Source: Naegleria gruberi (Eukaryota). From it: a DNA stretch of 64,000 nt. The position numbers were made by a program, and so were the translations under genes. Below are positions 63,994 through 64,000 of the stretch, in pieces. Within the stretch, counting starts at the first letter, position 1, and each line of letters begins with the position of its first letter. The notes under the pieces are model-generated. The model did no database searches. It worked only from the letters and a program-made list of their open reading frames with translations, and was not told where the DNA came from. The stretch lies in NCBI GenBank assembly GCA_000004985.1, contig GG738879.1; one strand, given 5' to 3'.

Positions 63994-64000
63994 GGTTCCA

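Noticed and set aside
1-64000. Possibility that the window is prokaryotic or viral (compact, many long intronless ORFs, FNT/CocE/Cache-cyclase genes).
   Set aside because: Short GT-AG introns confirmed by homology (TatD, Ras, cyclase, CocE, ATP23). tRNA-Tyr has a canonical anticodon-loop intron. tRNA-His lacks an encoded G-1 and has A73. Pol III T-run terminators are present.

Overview
This 64-kb window is an AT-rich (roughly one-third GC) nuclear segment from a unicellular eukaryote. It is not prokaryotic: many genes carry short GT-AG spliceosomal introns, mostly 37-62 nt with a few of 88-204 nt, using GTAAGT, GTATGT or GTGAGT donors, and one tRNA has a canonical anticodon-loop intron. Gene content suggests an amoebozoan or dictyostelid-like protist, but this is inference only. 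Supporting genes: a Ras-family GTPase ending in CAAX, two RGS-domain proteins, a CEMIP/TMEM2-like G8 protein, an NHL/EGF surface protein, and Gln/Asn/His-rich low-complexity tracts. The genetic code is standard. TAA terminates TatD and Ski2 exactly where their homologues end, and ORFs of over 1000 codons are uninterrupted. The region is very compact: about 35 protein-coding genes and three pol III tRNA genes (His-GUG, Tyr-GUA with a 15-nt intron, Arg-UCU), with convergent genes 8-90 bp apart and one pair overlapping at the stop codons. Confidently assigned products are a Ski2-like DExH RNA helicase, a TatD DNase, a formate/nitrite transporter, a Cache-domain sensor adenylyl/guanylyl cyclase, a CocE/NonD hydrolase, a cytochrome-b5-like MAPR protein, a BRCT protein, an ATP23-like metalloprotease and a CBS-pair protein. 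Highlights of the hunt: (1) a hAT-like non-autonomous DNA transposon (MITE) of 831 bp with perfect 16-bp terminal inverted repeats and an 8-bp target-site duplication; (2) a CobW/ZNG1-family GTPase gene with three in-frame TAA codons, at least two 1-nt frameshifts and an internal deletion, called a pseudogene; (3) a Ras gene with a 16-nt micro-exon encoding the QEEF residues of the DTAGQE motif; (4) an RGS + START domain fusion; (5) a bacterial-type TM-dCache-TM-HAMP-cyclase that carries eukaryotic introns; (6) apparent single-base frameshifts at homopolymers in two otherwise intact long genes, which are either assembly indels or recent lesions; (7) a surface protein of eight tandem PPC-like (bacterial pre-peptidase C-terminal) domains. 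The supplied ORF track sometimes starts ORFs at TTG or GTG, so start codons were re-derived. Protein coding start and end coordinates below include the stop codon; splice sites were placed by reading frame plus GT..AG, and by homology where stated.
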